Positions 26,174 to 34,293 of a stretch of DNA of 54,652 bases are shown piece after piece. The stretch lies in NCBI GenBank assembly GCA_034420195.1, contig DAOULO010000050.1:1-54652 (forward strand), written 5' to 3'. The translations under genes and the position numbers were made by a program. The DNA comes from Dehalococcoidales bacterium (GTDB taxonomy: Bacteria; Chloroflexota; Dehalococcoidia; Dehalococcoidales; RBG-16-60-22). Position 1 is the stretch's first letter; each line of letters starts with the position of its first letter. The notes under the pieces were generated by a model. That model worked only from the letters and a program-made list of their open reading frames with translations, was not told the origin of the DNA and made no database searches.

Positions 26174-26424
26174 CGGATGACCTCCTTTCTCAAGTTAGTT
26201 GGTTAGAGCTAAGGTCATCCGTAACTGGGTCGGGATAAAGTACTTTAGTTGCCTGTGATAACCTAGACTGAAAACCACCAGAGCCTATTATATACTGAGT
26301 CTTGCCAAATAGCAATAGGTTGGGCGTAAAATTTTTACGTTTTATTGCCTTTTTGCGTAATCTACCTCCCTTTAAGCTCTCCAGAGGCACAATTATGGCC
26401 TCGCCGCCGGATAGGGGTAGTATA

Positions 26425-26453
26425 TTGACGGCGGGCACTTTTTGGCCTAGACT
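26425..26453 (+). promoter_or_regulatory. Candidate promoter of the heliorhodopsin gene
   Basis: TTGACG (26425-26430), a 17-nt spacer and TAGACT (26448-26453). AAAGGAGGG lies 5 nt before the ATG at 26500. Confidence 0.35.
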
Positions 26454-26499
26454 TATATAAAACTGAATACCAGATATCACCAGGTAAAGGAGGGCGACA

Positions 26500-27273
26500 A
26501 TGAGTTACGAGCCCCATTTCACCCGCCTACGTCTCTATAACGTCTTTATGGGTTGCCTGCACCTGGCCCAGGCCGTCATCATCATCCTGCTTTCCAATGA
26601 CTTCAGGCTGCCCATCACCACCTCTTTCCTCACCTACGACCAGACCCTGGGTAAGCTCTGGCCGGCCACGGAGACCCTGGTCAACCTCCCCTTCGGCATC
26701 ATGGTGGCCGTCTTCCTGCTCCTTTCGGCCGTGGCCCACTTCACCGTCGCCTCGCCGGGCGTCTTCGGCTGGTACGTGGGCAACCTCAAGAAGGGCATCA
26801 ACTACGCCCGCTGGTACGAGTACGCCCTGAGCGCCTCGCTGATGATTGTCCTCATCGGGATGCTCTGCGGCGTCTACGACCTGGCCGCCCTGATTATGGC
26901 CTTCGTGCTGACGGGGGTGATGAACCTCTGCGGCCTCATCATGGAGGTGCACAACCAGACGACCAAAAAGACCAACTGGACGGGCTACGTCGTCGGCTGC
27001 ATCGCCGGTATCGCCCCCTGGGTGGCCATCGCCATCTACTTCTTCGGCTCGCTGGCCCAGGCCGACGAGGGCGTGCCTGGCTTCGTCTACGTCATCCTGC
27101 CCACGCTCTTCGTCTTCTTCTTCTCTTTCGCCCTCAACATGGTGCTGCAGTACAAGAAAGTGGGCCCCTGGCGGGACTATCTCTTCGGGGAGAGGGTCTA
27201 CATCCTGCTCTCGCTCATCGCCAAGTCGGCGCTGGCCTGGCAGGTCTTCGCCGGGACGCTGCGGCCGGTCTAG
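26500..27273 (+). CDS. Heliorhodopsin
   Basis: 257 aa with 7 TM helices. From memory it aligns along its length with heliorhodopsin 48C12. Shared blocks are RWYEYALSASLMIVLI (counterion Glu107), GCIAGIAPWVAIAIY, and VPGFVYVI...FFFSFALNMVLQYKK..W.DYLFGERVYILLSLIAKSALAWQVFAGTLRP (Schiff-base Lys242, codon 27223-27225). Confidence 0.9.
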   Translation: MSYEPHFTRLRLYNVFMGCLHLAQAVIIILLSNDFRLPITTSFLTYDQTLGKLWPATETLVNLPFGIMVAVFLLLSAVAHFTVASPGVFGWYVGNLKKGINYARWYEYALSASLMIVLIGMLCGVYDLAALIMAFVLTGVMNLCGLIMEVHNQTTKKTNWTGYVVGCIAGIAPWVAIAIYFFGSLAQADEGVPGFVYVILPTLFVFFFSFALNMVLQYKKVGPWRDYLFGERVYILLSLIAKSALAWQVFAGTLRPV

Positions 27274-27284
27274 CGGGCGGGTTT

Positions 27285-27314
27285 TTGACAGGCGACCGGT
27301 AGCGTGCCTATACT
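27285..27314 (+). promoter_or_regulatory. Candidate promoter of the isochorismatase-family/YkgJ genes
   Basis: TTGACA (27285-27290), an 18-nt spacer and TATACT (27309-27314). Confidence 0.4.
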
Positions 27315-27354
27315 GTTTAGGCTGGCCGGGCCGGGCGGCCGGTCGGCTTAAATA

Positions 27355-27927
27355 GTGCGCTTTGAGGTGCCCGTGAACATCCCGCCGCGATTCGTCACCA
27401 AAAACACCGTCCTGCTGCTCATCGACTTTCAGGAAAAGCTCTTCCCCGCCATGCACGAAAAGGACAAGCTCCTCAAAAACGTCCTTAAGCTCATCCAGGG
27501 GGTCAAGGCGCTGGAAGTCCCCGTCCTCGTTACCGAGCAGTACCCCCAGGGGCTGGGCGCCACCCTGCCGGAGATAAAAAAGCTCCTGCCGGAGATGGAA
27601 CCGGTGGTAAAGACGAGCTTTTCCTGCTGCGACGAGGCGGCCTTCATCAAGACGCTGCGCTCGCTGAAGAGGACGCAGGTGCTTATCGCCGGCATCGAGG
27701 CGCACATCTGCGTCTACCAGACGGCCAGCGCCCTGGCCCACGCCGGCTACGGCGTGCAGGTCGTCACCGATTGCATCGCCTCCCGCGACCCCAAAAACCA
27801 GCTGGTCACCCTCTACCGCCTGGGCGAGACCGGCATCCTCCCGACGACGCTGGAGATGGCCCTCTTCGAGCTGCTCAAGGTGGCCGAGGGCGAGAAGTTC
27901 AAAAAAATCAGTGCTATCGTGAAATGA
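27355..27927 (+). CDS. Isochorismatase-family cysteine hydrolase
   Basis: 190 aa with a GTG start. The family pattern is VLLLIDFQEKLF...VLVTEQYP.GLG...KTSFSCC...VLIAGIEAHICVYQTA, with the catalytic Cys in the AHICV block. Confidence 0.85.
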   Translation: MRFEVPVNIPPRFVTKNTVLLLIDFQEKLFPAMHEKDKLLKNVLKLIQGVKALEVPVLVTEQYPQGLGATLPEIKKLLPEMEPVVKTSFSCCDEAAFIKTLRSLKRTQVLIAGIEAHICVYQTASALAHAGYGVQVVTDCIASRDPKNQLVTLYRLGETGILPTTLEMALFELLKVAEGEKFKKISAIVK

Positions 27928-27931
27928 CCCA

Positions 27932-28309
27932 ATGGACAATCTGGCCGCTCAACCGGCGAAAAAGGTAAAGTCCGCGCCGGCGCCGGGCGCGATAGCCTGC
28001 CGGCGCTGCGGGGTCTGCTGCACCCGCCACCAGGCCTTCGTGGGGCCGGCGGATATCGCCCGCATCACCGCTTACCTGGGCATCACCCCCGACGACTGGG
28101 ACCGCCTTTACGACGATCCCCGCTGGCAGTATACCGAGTACCGCCTGATAAGGCACGTCAATGGCGCCTGTGTTTTCTTGAAATACGAGGACGGCCTGGC
28201 CGCCTGCGCCATCCATCCCGTCAAGCCCGGCTGCTGCTCGGCCTGGCAACCCGGCCCGGAGCGAAAAGAATGCCGGGAGGGGCTGGCCCGAGCTGGCATC
28301 AAGTCTTAA
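27932..28309 (+). CDS. YkgJ-family cysteine-cluster protein (UPF0153, zinc/iron-chelating domain)
   Basis: 125 aa. Motifs are CRRCGVCC...GACVFL....CAIH..KP..C..W. Confidence 0.8.
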   Translation: MDNLAAQPAKKVKSAPAPGAIACRRCGVCCTRHQAFVGPADIARITAYLGITPDDWDRLYDDPRWQYTEYRLIRHVNGACVFLKYEDGLAACAIHPVKPGCCSAWQPGPERKECREGLARAGIKS

Positions 28310-28323
28310 GGAGGAGGCAGGAA

Positions 28324-28749
28324 ATGCGTAAAACAGTCATCTTTTTAGCCGGTGTCATCGGGATTATAGCGCTGCTGGCGGGCTGCGCCGGCGGCAACGT
28401 GGATACCATCCCGGCAGCCCTGAACGCCACCTTCACGCTGGCCGTCGGGCAAACGGGCGTCATCGCCGGCGAAGACCTGCAACTCCGTTTTGAGAATGTC
28501 ATCGAGGACAGCCGCTGCCCTCTCGATGTGCAGTGTGTCTGGGAGGGCCGCGCCAGCTACACGGTGCAGCTGACGTACCAGGGGGACAGCTATGACATGA
28601 TTCTCACCGAGGCGGGCCTGGGTGGTGTGGCCCACGATACCTTCCTCGATTACGCAATAACCGCCAGCCTCCTGCCCTACCCGGAGGGGCCCGGCGAGAT
28701 AGCCGGGGACAAATACCGGCTGCGGCTGACCGTCGTTAAAGATTGGTGA
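28324..28749 (+). CDS. Lipoprotein of unknown function
   Basis: I trimmed the ORF to the ATG at 28324, which follows AGGAGGAGG. The protein starts MRKTVIFLAGVIGIIALLAGC, with the lipobox LAGC. I recognise no domain. Confidence 0.6.
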   Translation: MRKTVIFLAGVIGIIALLAGCAGGNVDTIPAALNATFTLAVGQTGVIAGEDLQLRFENVIEDSRCPLDVQCVWEGRASYTVQLTYQGDSYDMILTEAGLGGVAHDTFLDYAITASLLPYPEGPGEIAGDKYRLRLTVVKDW

Positions 28750-29722
28750 GCACCTTAAGCGCCCTTAAGGTAACCCACTTATTGGGCTGTTTTTTGGGGC
28801 CAAAGTCCAGCCAGGTCTTGCCGGTGTAGTCGTACTCCAGCGGCCAGCGCCCCTGGCCGTCCTGCTTCTCGCGGATGAGCTTGATAGTGTTGGCCAGGCG
28901 CGGGTCGCGGCCGTAGCCCAGCGCTACCAGAGCCTCGGCAATCTGCAGGATATCGGTCACGTAAAAGACGGGGAAGCCGAATTTCCACCAGTTCCCGCTG
29001 GGCCTGGGGGCGTAGCCGCAGGGATAGTCCGCCGTGGCCGGGTCTTTACTGAAGAAGAAGACCACCCCGGCGGCGATGGCCCGCCCGATGAGCGGCGTCC
29101 GTTTGGCCGCCGGCAGCCTGCCCAAGGCCAGCATGACCTTGGTGGCCCCCCAGGCGCAGGGCAGCTTGTTGTTGGCGCCGCAGGCGAAATTGGGCCCGCA
29201 CTTGCCGGCGTAGTAGCGGCGCGGTGCTTTCTTATCCTGCATCGGGGCCACGCCCTCCCCGGTGACGCTGCGGGCCATCCACTCGAAGGCCGTATCCAGG
29301 CGCGGGTCGGCGCAGCCCAGGTCGAGCAGGGAGGCCAGCAGGTTGCCCTGCAGGCAGTCGGCCGTGCCCGAGGGGAGGCCGTTGACGGTGAATTGCCCGC
29401 CGGCGGTGAGGTTATGGTCGAGGATATAAGCCGCCGCCGTGGCCAGGCGCTTATCCAGCTCGATGGCGGCGCCGAGCTGGGCGAGCAGAATCAGCGACCA
29501 GACCGTGCCGGTGTACTTGGGGTAATAGCCGTGCCCCGGTTGTGCCCAGTAGCCCTCCGGCTGCATCTTGGCGAGCACGGCGGCGATGGGGCCCTGGCGG
29601 TGGGCCGCCAGCTTGAGTGCCGCCAGCTCCCCGGCGCCGGTTCCGGCCAGGTCGCGGCTGGCCAGGTATTTTACGCCGATGTCGGTGGGCTCCAGCAGCC
29701 AGTCCAGGGGATTTTGGGGCAC
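28736..29722 (-). CDS. Prenyltransferase/squalene-cyclase-repeat (alpha/alpha toroid) like protein
   Basis: I trimmed the ORF to the GTG at 29722, which follows GGAAGGAG; the longer ORF starts inside a repeat unit. Repeated ..GYW....G.....YT..W.L..L..LG segments (QPEGYWAQPGHGYYPKYTGTVWSLILLAQLG; DGQGRWPLEY) resemble terpene cyclase/prenyltransferase repeats. Confidence 0.5.
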   Translation of the reverse strand: MPQNPLDWLLEPTDIGVKYLASRDLAGTGAGELAALKLAAHRQGPIAAVLAKMQPEGYWAQPGHGYYPKYTGTVWSLILLAQLGAAIELDKRLATAAAYILDHNLTAGGQFTVNGLPSGTADCLQGNLLASLLDLGCADPRLDTAFEWMARSVTGEGVAPMQDKKAPRRYYAGKCGPNFACGANNKLPCAWGATKVMLALGRLPAAKRTPLIGRAIAAGVVFFFSKDPATADYPCGYAPRPSGNWWKFGFPVFYVTDILQIAEALVALGYGRDPRLANTIKLIREKQDGQGRWPLEYDYTGKTWLDFGPKKQPNKWVTLRALKVLTNL

Positions 29723-29786
29723 TTTGGACTCCTTCCGTGGTGGTGCTATATTATAGCATAAGGAGATAGTCCAAGACTTTACGGAG

Positions 29787-29862
29787 TAATCTATTCCCAC
29801 CCAAGCCGCCCTCGCGGCATCGGCGGCTTAGCCCGGAGATGTCGCCCCCTTTACCCCACCCC
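29787..29862 (+). repeat. Family-A REP/BIME-like unit (solo)
   Basis: TAATCTATTCCCACCCAAGCCGCCCTCGCGGCATCGGCGGCTTAGCCCGG followed by the CCCCCTTTACCCCACCCC module. Confidence 0.8.
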
Positions 29863-29913
29863 TTTGTGGCGAGAAACAAAGCGTACCACTATATCCTTCC
29901 CACCGGGGTGTTT

Positions 29914-29998
29914 AAGAGGGGTGAAGCCCCTCTTTTTTATAAATTCCCCCTCTCCTGCGGGACGCCTTGTCAGGAGAGGGGGATACAGGGGGTGAGGT
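29914..29998 (+). repeat. Family-D double-hairpin repeat (copy 2)
   Basis: AAGAGGGGTGAAGCCCCTCTT, then TCCCCCTCTCC..N17..GGAGAGGGGGA, then TACAGGGGGTGAGGT. Confidence 0.8.
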
Positions 29999-30030
29999 TC
30001 ATACCTTAACTCTTCAACGCTGTTTACTGC

Positions 30031-31449
30031 CTAGCCCAAGCGGACGGGCGGTGGGGCCAGGTTGAACTTCTCCGGCTCGTCGGTAGGGAGCTTGCTTTTG
30101 CGGTAAAAGTCCCGCAGCTGGGGCACCAGCAGGGCCACCACCAGCAGCAGCGTGAGGACGTCGGTGATGGGGAAGGCCCACCAGACGCCGTCGATGCCCC
30201 AGACGCGCGGCAGGATGAGTATCAACGGGAGGAGGAAGATGGCCGAGCGCGACAGCGAGGTGACGATGGCCTGCACCACCTTGCCGATGGCCTGGAAGAT
30301 GGTCATCCCGACCATCATAAAGCCGATGAGCGGCATGACCAGAAAGATGCGTCTGGCGCCATAAACGCTTACCGAGATTAGCCCGGGGTCGTTGGTAAAG
30401 ACACGGATAATGGGCTCCGGGAAGAAATAGAGCACGAAGAAGGCCAGCAGGCTCAGCGACGAAGCCACGGTAATCGTCAGGCGGATGCCCCGAAGCGCCC
30501 GGTCGTAGCGCCGGGCCCCGTAGTTGAAGCCCAGTATCGGCTGGAGACCCTGCCCCAGCACCATGCCCGGCATGAGGGCGAACAGCATGATGCGGTGCAG
30601 CACGCCGAAGGCGGCCAGGTTGATATCGCCGCCGTACTCGACGAGCAGGCGGTTGACGAAGATAGAGGCCACCGTGCCGGCCAGCACCATCGCCAGGGCC
30701 GAGACGCCGATGGCCAGGATATCTTTCATTATCTGCCAGCGGATTATCAGATTGCGTGAGTGGAGCTTGAGGAAGCTGCGGCCCCCCAGGTGATAGCGGA
30801 GGAAGTAGGCCGCGGCGATGACCTGCGCGATGACGGTGGCCCAGGCGGCCCCGGCGACGCCCATATTCAGGGGGATGATGAAGATGGCGTCGAGGACGAT
30901 ATTGGTACCGGCGCCAATCATCATGCCTATCATCGGCACGCGGGCGTTGCCCTCAGCGCGGATTAAGGTGTTCATGGACATGCCGAAGGTCTGGAAAAGC
31001 ATGCCGAAGAGGATGATGGTCATGTAGTCGTGGGCGTAGGGCAGCACGGCGTCGGAGGCGCCCATGATGCGCAGCCAGAAGTCCACCCGGGAAAGGCCGA
31101 TGACGGCTACCACCGCCGAGAGGAGCACCGTGCCGCTGAAGGCGTTGCCCAGGGCGTGCTCCGCCCGGGGGATGTTGTTGGCGCCGATGAGGCGGGAAAT
31201 GAGCGAGGCGCCGCCCATGCCCATCATCTGGCCGATGCCCATCGAGAGCATCTGTAAGGGAAACACCAGGGAGAGCCCGGCGATACCGAGCGGCCCCACG
31301 TAGTGGCCGATGAATATCGTATCCACCACGTTATAGAGCGTGATGACGAACATGCCCAGGAAGGCGGGCAGGGTGAGCTTGGCGAGCAGCCGGCCGATGT
31401 GGTCGTCGTCGAGCACGTTCTGGCTTCGGTTGGGCGTGGGGTTCTTCAT
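30031..31449 (-). CDS. MATE family efflux transporter
   Basis: I trimmed the ORF to the ATG at 31449 (MKNPTPN...). It has 12 TM helices and the MATE pattern (…LPAFLGMFV..LYNVVDTIFIGH.VG..G.AGLS...P...). Confidence 0.9.
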   Translation of the reverse strand: MKNPTPNRSQNVLDDDHIGRLLAKLTLPAFLGMFVITLYNVVDTIFIGHYVGPLGIAGLSLVFPLQMLSMGIGQMMGMGGASLISRLIGANNIPRAEHALGNAFSGTVLLSAVVAVIGLSRVDFWLRIMGASDAVLPYAHDYMTIILFGMLFQTFGMSMNTLIRAEGNARVPMIGMMIGAGTNIVLDAIFIIPLNMGVAGAAWATVIAQVIAAAYFLRYHLGGRSFLKLHSRNLIIRWQIMKDILAIGVSALAMVLAGTVASIFVNRLLVEYGGDINLAAFGVLHRIMLFALMPGMVLGQGLQPILGFNYGARRYDRALRGIRLTITVASSLSLLAFFVLYFFPEPIIRVFTNDPGLISVSVYGARRIFLVMPLIGFMMVGMTIFQAIGKVVQAIVTSLSRSAIFLLPLILILPRVWGIDGVWWAFPITDVLTLLLVVALLVPQLRDFYRKSKLPTDEPEKFNLAPPPVRLG

Positions 31450-31483
31450 GGTTCCTCGGTGTGTCGATGATTTGTCGTCTAGA

Positions 31484-31945
31484 TTACTGTAGCTTAAAAA
31501 GGGTATCACGCAGGGTCCTCAGGGCGTCCGACAGGGCCTCCAGCTCGCCCAGGGAGAGCGAGGACATGTTTTCCCGCACCGCGTTGACCAGGCAGGTATG
31601 GTGCTCTTCCAGTAGCGCCCGGCCCTTCTCGGTGAGGGCGATGTTGAGGGTGCGCCGGTCGGTCTCGTCCATTGCCCGCCGCACCAAATCCAGCGCCACC
31701 AGCTTATCGATGAGGTGGGTCATCTGCGCCTTGGCGATTTGCAGCCTCTCGCCGATTTTGGCCACGTGAAGCGTGCCTTCCTCGCTGAGCACCATCATAA
31801 TCTCAAAATGGGGCATCTTGATGTCGGCGTCCAGGTCGGCCAGCGTCGTCTTGATGAGCTTGCGCCTCAAGAAACGAAAAATGAGGGGTGGTACGGACAG
31901 CAAGTCCACGGCGACTCGGCCCAGAATGTCGTCCGGCATGGCCAT
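31484..31945 (-). CDS. MarR family transcriptional regulator
   Basis: The winged-HTH core is ...HFEIMMVLSEEGTLHVAKIGERLQIAKAQMTHLIDKLVALDLVRRAMDETDRRTLNIALTEKG. The ATG at 31945 or 31939 follows GGGAGGGAG. The gene lies directly upstream of the MATE gene. Confidence 0.85.
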   Translation of the reverse strand: MAMPDDILGRVAVDLLSVPPLIFRFLRRKLIKTTLADLDADIKMPHFEIMMVLSEEGTLHVAKIGERLQIAKAQMTHLIDKLVALDLVRRAMDETDRRTLNIALTEKGRALLEEHHTCLVNAVRENMSSLSLGELEALSDALRTLRDTLFKLQ

Positions 31946-31976
31946 CTCCCTCCCGCAGCGCGATATGGTAAACAAA

Positions 31977-32010
31977 CTATACAGTATACATAAATGACAG
32001 TATATATACT
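31977..32010. promoter_or_regulatory. Candidate MarR operator in the AT-rich marR upstream region
   Basis: There are two ACAGTATA boxes, at 31981-31988 and 31998-32005. The second sits in the perfect 12-bp palindrome AGTATATATACT (31999-32010); the first sits in TATACAGTATA. Confidence 0.35.
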
Positions 32011-32083
32011 ATATAGTTAATAATATAAACTATTATTGGGGAATAGTCAAGAGAGCTGGGGGGTAAAGGGGGAAAACTACGGG

Positions 32084-32725
32084 CTAAACCGCTCTCCTGC
32101 GCCACAGCCGCCACAGCCCCTGGATGAAGTTAAACCTGGGGACTTCCTCCGTGTAGCGCCGGTAGGTATCGCCCCATTTAGCGATGTTTTCCTTCTCCTC
32201 CCCGAGCGTCACGGCGTAATGGACGACCAGCCAGAGGATAATGGCCACAATCGTCAGCGGCGTGAAGGAACCCGCCCAGCCCATGAAAATGGCCAGGCAG
32301 GTTCCTCCGACGATGAAGCCGAGGGTGCCGGGGTGGCGGATAACGCGGAACGGGCCCTGGCGGTAGAAAGTGATGGTCTCGCCGGCCTCCTTGAGCCCGC
32401 CCCATTTCCGGTGGGTGCGGTTCATCCAGATGAGTAACGCCAGCGCCGCGGCGGCGGCGGCCGCCACGATATAGATCAAGACTAGCGGCACTTTGTATAC
32501 CGGCAGTTTCGCCAGGAAGGCGAGGGCGCTCACCTCGAACTCGGTGGCCAGGGCAGGCAGGATGCAGAGCGCGAAATATACGACCCAGACGGCGATATAG
32601 CCCACGGTGTAGAACCAGGTATTCTTCTCGCCGAGGCCGCGGGCATGCATCTGGCGCTTGGCCTCTTTGGGGGTGATTTCGCCGCGGCGTAGCTTTTCCT
32701 CGAGGTCACCTAATTTGTTTTCCAT
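32084..32725 (-). CDS. Isoprenylcysteine carboxyl methyltransferase (ICMT/PEMT)-family membrane methyltransferase
   Basis: I trimmed the ORF to the ATG at 32725, which follows GGGAGG. It has several TM helices and a C-terminal block ...FYRQGPFRVIRHPGTLGFIVGG...GEEKENIAKWGDTYRRY typical of the family. The stop codon lies in a family-A repeat fragment. Confidence 0.65.
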   Translation of the reverse strand: MENKLGDLEEKLRRGEITPKEAKRQMHARGLGEKNTWFYTVGYIAVWVVYFALCILPALATEFEVSALAFLAKLPVYKVPLVLIYIVAAAAAAALALLIWMNRTHRKWGGLKEAGETITFYRQGPFRVIRHPGTLGFIVGGTCLAIFMGWAGSFTPLTIVAIILWLVVHYAVTLGEEKENIAKWGDTYRRYTEEVPRFNFIQGLWRLWRRRAV

Positions 32726-32751
32726 GCCGCTGGCCTCCCGCTTACCGTCCT

Positions 32752-33156
32752 CTACCCCCCGTGGCGCCGGGCGTGCTCCTTGCGCATGCATCGGTTCATG
32801 ACCACCTTGAGCCCGGCCTGACGGGCCCGGGCCGCCGCCTCCTGGTTGACGACGCCCTCCTGCATCCAGACGGCCCCGGCGCCGGTTTTAATGGCCGCCT
32901 CCACGATGGGGGGCACGTCCACGGGCTTGCGGAAGATGTCCACCACATCCACCTTGGCGGGTATTGAAGCCAGGTCGGGGTAGCTGGTCTCGCCGAGGAT
33001 GGCCTTCTCGTTGGGGTTGACCGGTATGATTTTATAGCCGTTTTCCTTGAGGTAACTGGCCACGATATGACTGGGCCGGGCCGGGTCGGCGGAGAGGCCG
33101 ACCACGGCCACCGTTTTACTGTTATTGAGAATGTCGTCGATGTCGCTCATGGGCAT
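32752..33156 (-). CDS. CoA-binding domain protein (YccU-like)
   Basis: 134 aa. The pattern is ...KTVAVVGLSADPARPSH.V..YL...GY.IIPVNP.......YPDL..IP..VDVVDIFR.... Confidence 0.85.
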   Translation of the reverse strand: MPMSDIDDILNNSKTVAVVGLSADPARPSHIVASYLKENGYKIIPVNPNEKAILGETSYPDLASIPAKVDVVDIFRKPVDVPPIVEAAIKTGAGAVWMQEGVVNQEAAARARQAGLKVVMNRCMRKEHARRHGG

Positions 33157-33195
33157 TGCCTCCTGTGTTTATTTTAGCACAATGCCCGTTCCTTG

Positions 33196-33975
33196 CTACC
33201 GGCGGCGGCCCACCACGCGGATGAGGGCCAGGTACTTACCGCCATCGGCTTCGAGGAGGGGCACCTCGGAGGGGAAGATAAGCGTTCCCGCCTCGTCGCA
33301 GGCCTGCTCGTACTGAATCCAGAGCTTAACCCCGTCGGGCATGACGTCGGCCACCGTTACGTCGACCAGATCGGTGTGCGCCCAGTGGTTATGCCACCAG
33401 GCGGCGGTGTGGAAGCACCAGCACTCCGGCTGCCAGAAGGGCTTGCCGTCGGGGCGGTGGACGAGGTGCTCCGGCACTGCACCGTCAAAGTCGCGCGCCA
33501 GCCCGGCCACGACGACGCCGATTTGCCCGCCGGGGCGGACGAACTTGTGGAAGTAGTTGAGATAGATGTCGTCGGTGCCGTAGTACTGGTAGGAATCAAT
33601 GCTGACGATGGCGTCGAAGAACCCCTCGGCGTAGGGCAGGGCGTGGGCTTCGGCGTAGATAGGGTAGACCTGGTTTTCCAGGCCGGCCTCGCGAATACGC
33701 TGCCAGTTCTCGCTGGCGCTTATCCAGAGGTCGTTGGCCCAGACCTGTACGCCGAATTCCTGCGCCAGAAAGATAGAGCTCAGCGCCTTGCCGCAGCCCA
33801 TGTCCAGGACGCGCATACCGGGCTTGAGCTCCATTTCTTCGCCGAGCCACTCCGTCAGCCAGAGGGCGTTGGGGCCCATCCAGCCCTCGAGCACCCATTG
33901 GGGGTCGTATTTGGCGGAGCGGGGGAACCGGTCCGTCCTGAGTAGCTCCGCCATTCTCTCTTGTGGCATGTTCAT
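33196..33975 (-). CDS. Class I SAM-dependent methyltransferase
   Basis: 259 aa. Motif I is VLDMGCGKA. Post-I/II blocks are ...ANDLW... and FDAIVSIDSYQYYG. Confidence 0.8.
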   Translation of the reverse strand: MNMPQERMAELLRTDRFPRSAKYDPQWVLEGWMGPNALWLTEWLGEEMELKPGMRVLDMGCGKALSSIFLAQEFGVQVWANDLWISASENWQRIREAGLENQVYPIYAEAHALPYAEGFFDAIVSIDSYQYYGTDDIYLNYFHKFVRPGGQIGVVVAGLARDFDGAVPEHLVHRPDGKPFWQPECWCFHTAAWWHNHWAHTDLVDVTVADVMPDGVKLWIQYEQACDEAGTLIFPSEVPLLEADGGKYLALIRVVGRRR

Positions 33976-34068
33976 TTTATCCGTCCTTTCGTTCTTCGGG
34001 CCTTTTATTCTCCCTTTTCTGGCGACAATCCGTCAAGGGGAAGGGGTGGCGGGGTGGATTTGGCATAC

Positions 34069-34291
34069 CACCCCTCCCCCCGCCCCCCAGAGATGTTATT
34101 TCCCACCCAGCCTGCCCTCCGCACGAGGCTTCGGGAGGCGGGCCCGCCCCGGGCATTCACGGTTTATCTCCATGATTTTACCCCTCCCCTCGTTCGGGGG
34201 TAAAGGGGTGGGGCTATCTACGGGCTAAGCCGCGGATGTTGAGGGCGGTTTGGGTGGGAATAGATAGCTTAGACGGGGTGGGGTAGGAGGG
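34069..34291. repeat. Composite BIME/MITE-like element (inverse orientation of 13052-13307)
   Basis: The left end is CCACCCCTCCCCCCGCCCCCC..GTTATTTCCCACCC. The right end is GGGTGGGAATAGATA..GACGGGGTGGGGTAGGAGGG. The internal sequence CCGCACGAGGCTTCGGGAGGCGGGCC...TTATCTCCATGATTTTACCCC matches the reverse complement of 13190-13260. Confidence 0.8.
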
Positions 34292-34293
34292 TC

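Noticed and set aside
26190-26480. 96-aa ORF in the AT-rich region between the zinc-ribbon and heliorhodopsin genes
   Set aside because: It has no SD and no recognisable motif. It occupies the divergent promoter/leader region that contains the candidate heliorhodopsin promoter and the SD-sequestering hairpin. Its composition is unlike the coding DNA here. I treat it as non-coding, but homologue searches could revisit this.
26527-27939. 470-aa minus-strand ORF across the heliorhodopsin and isochorismatase-family genes
   Set aside because: It spans two independently supported plus-strand genes and their intergenic promoter. The translation is Asp/Gly/His/Arg-rich low complexity.
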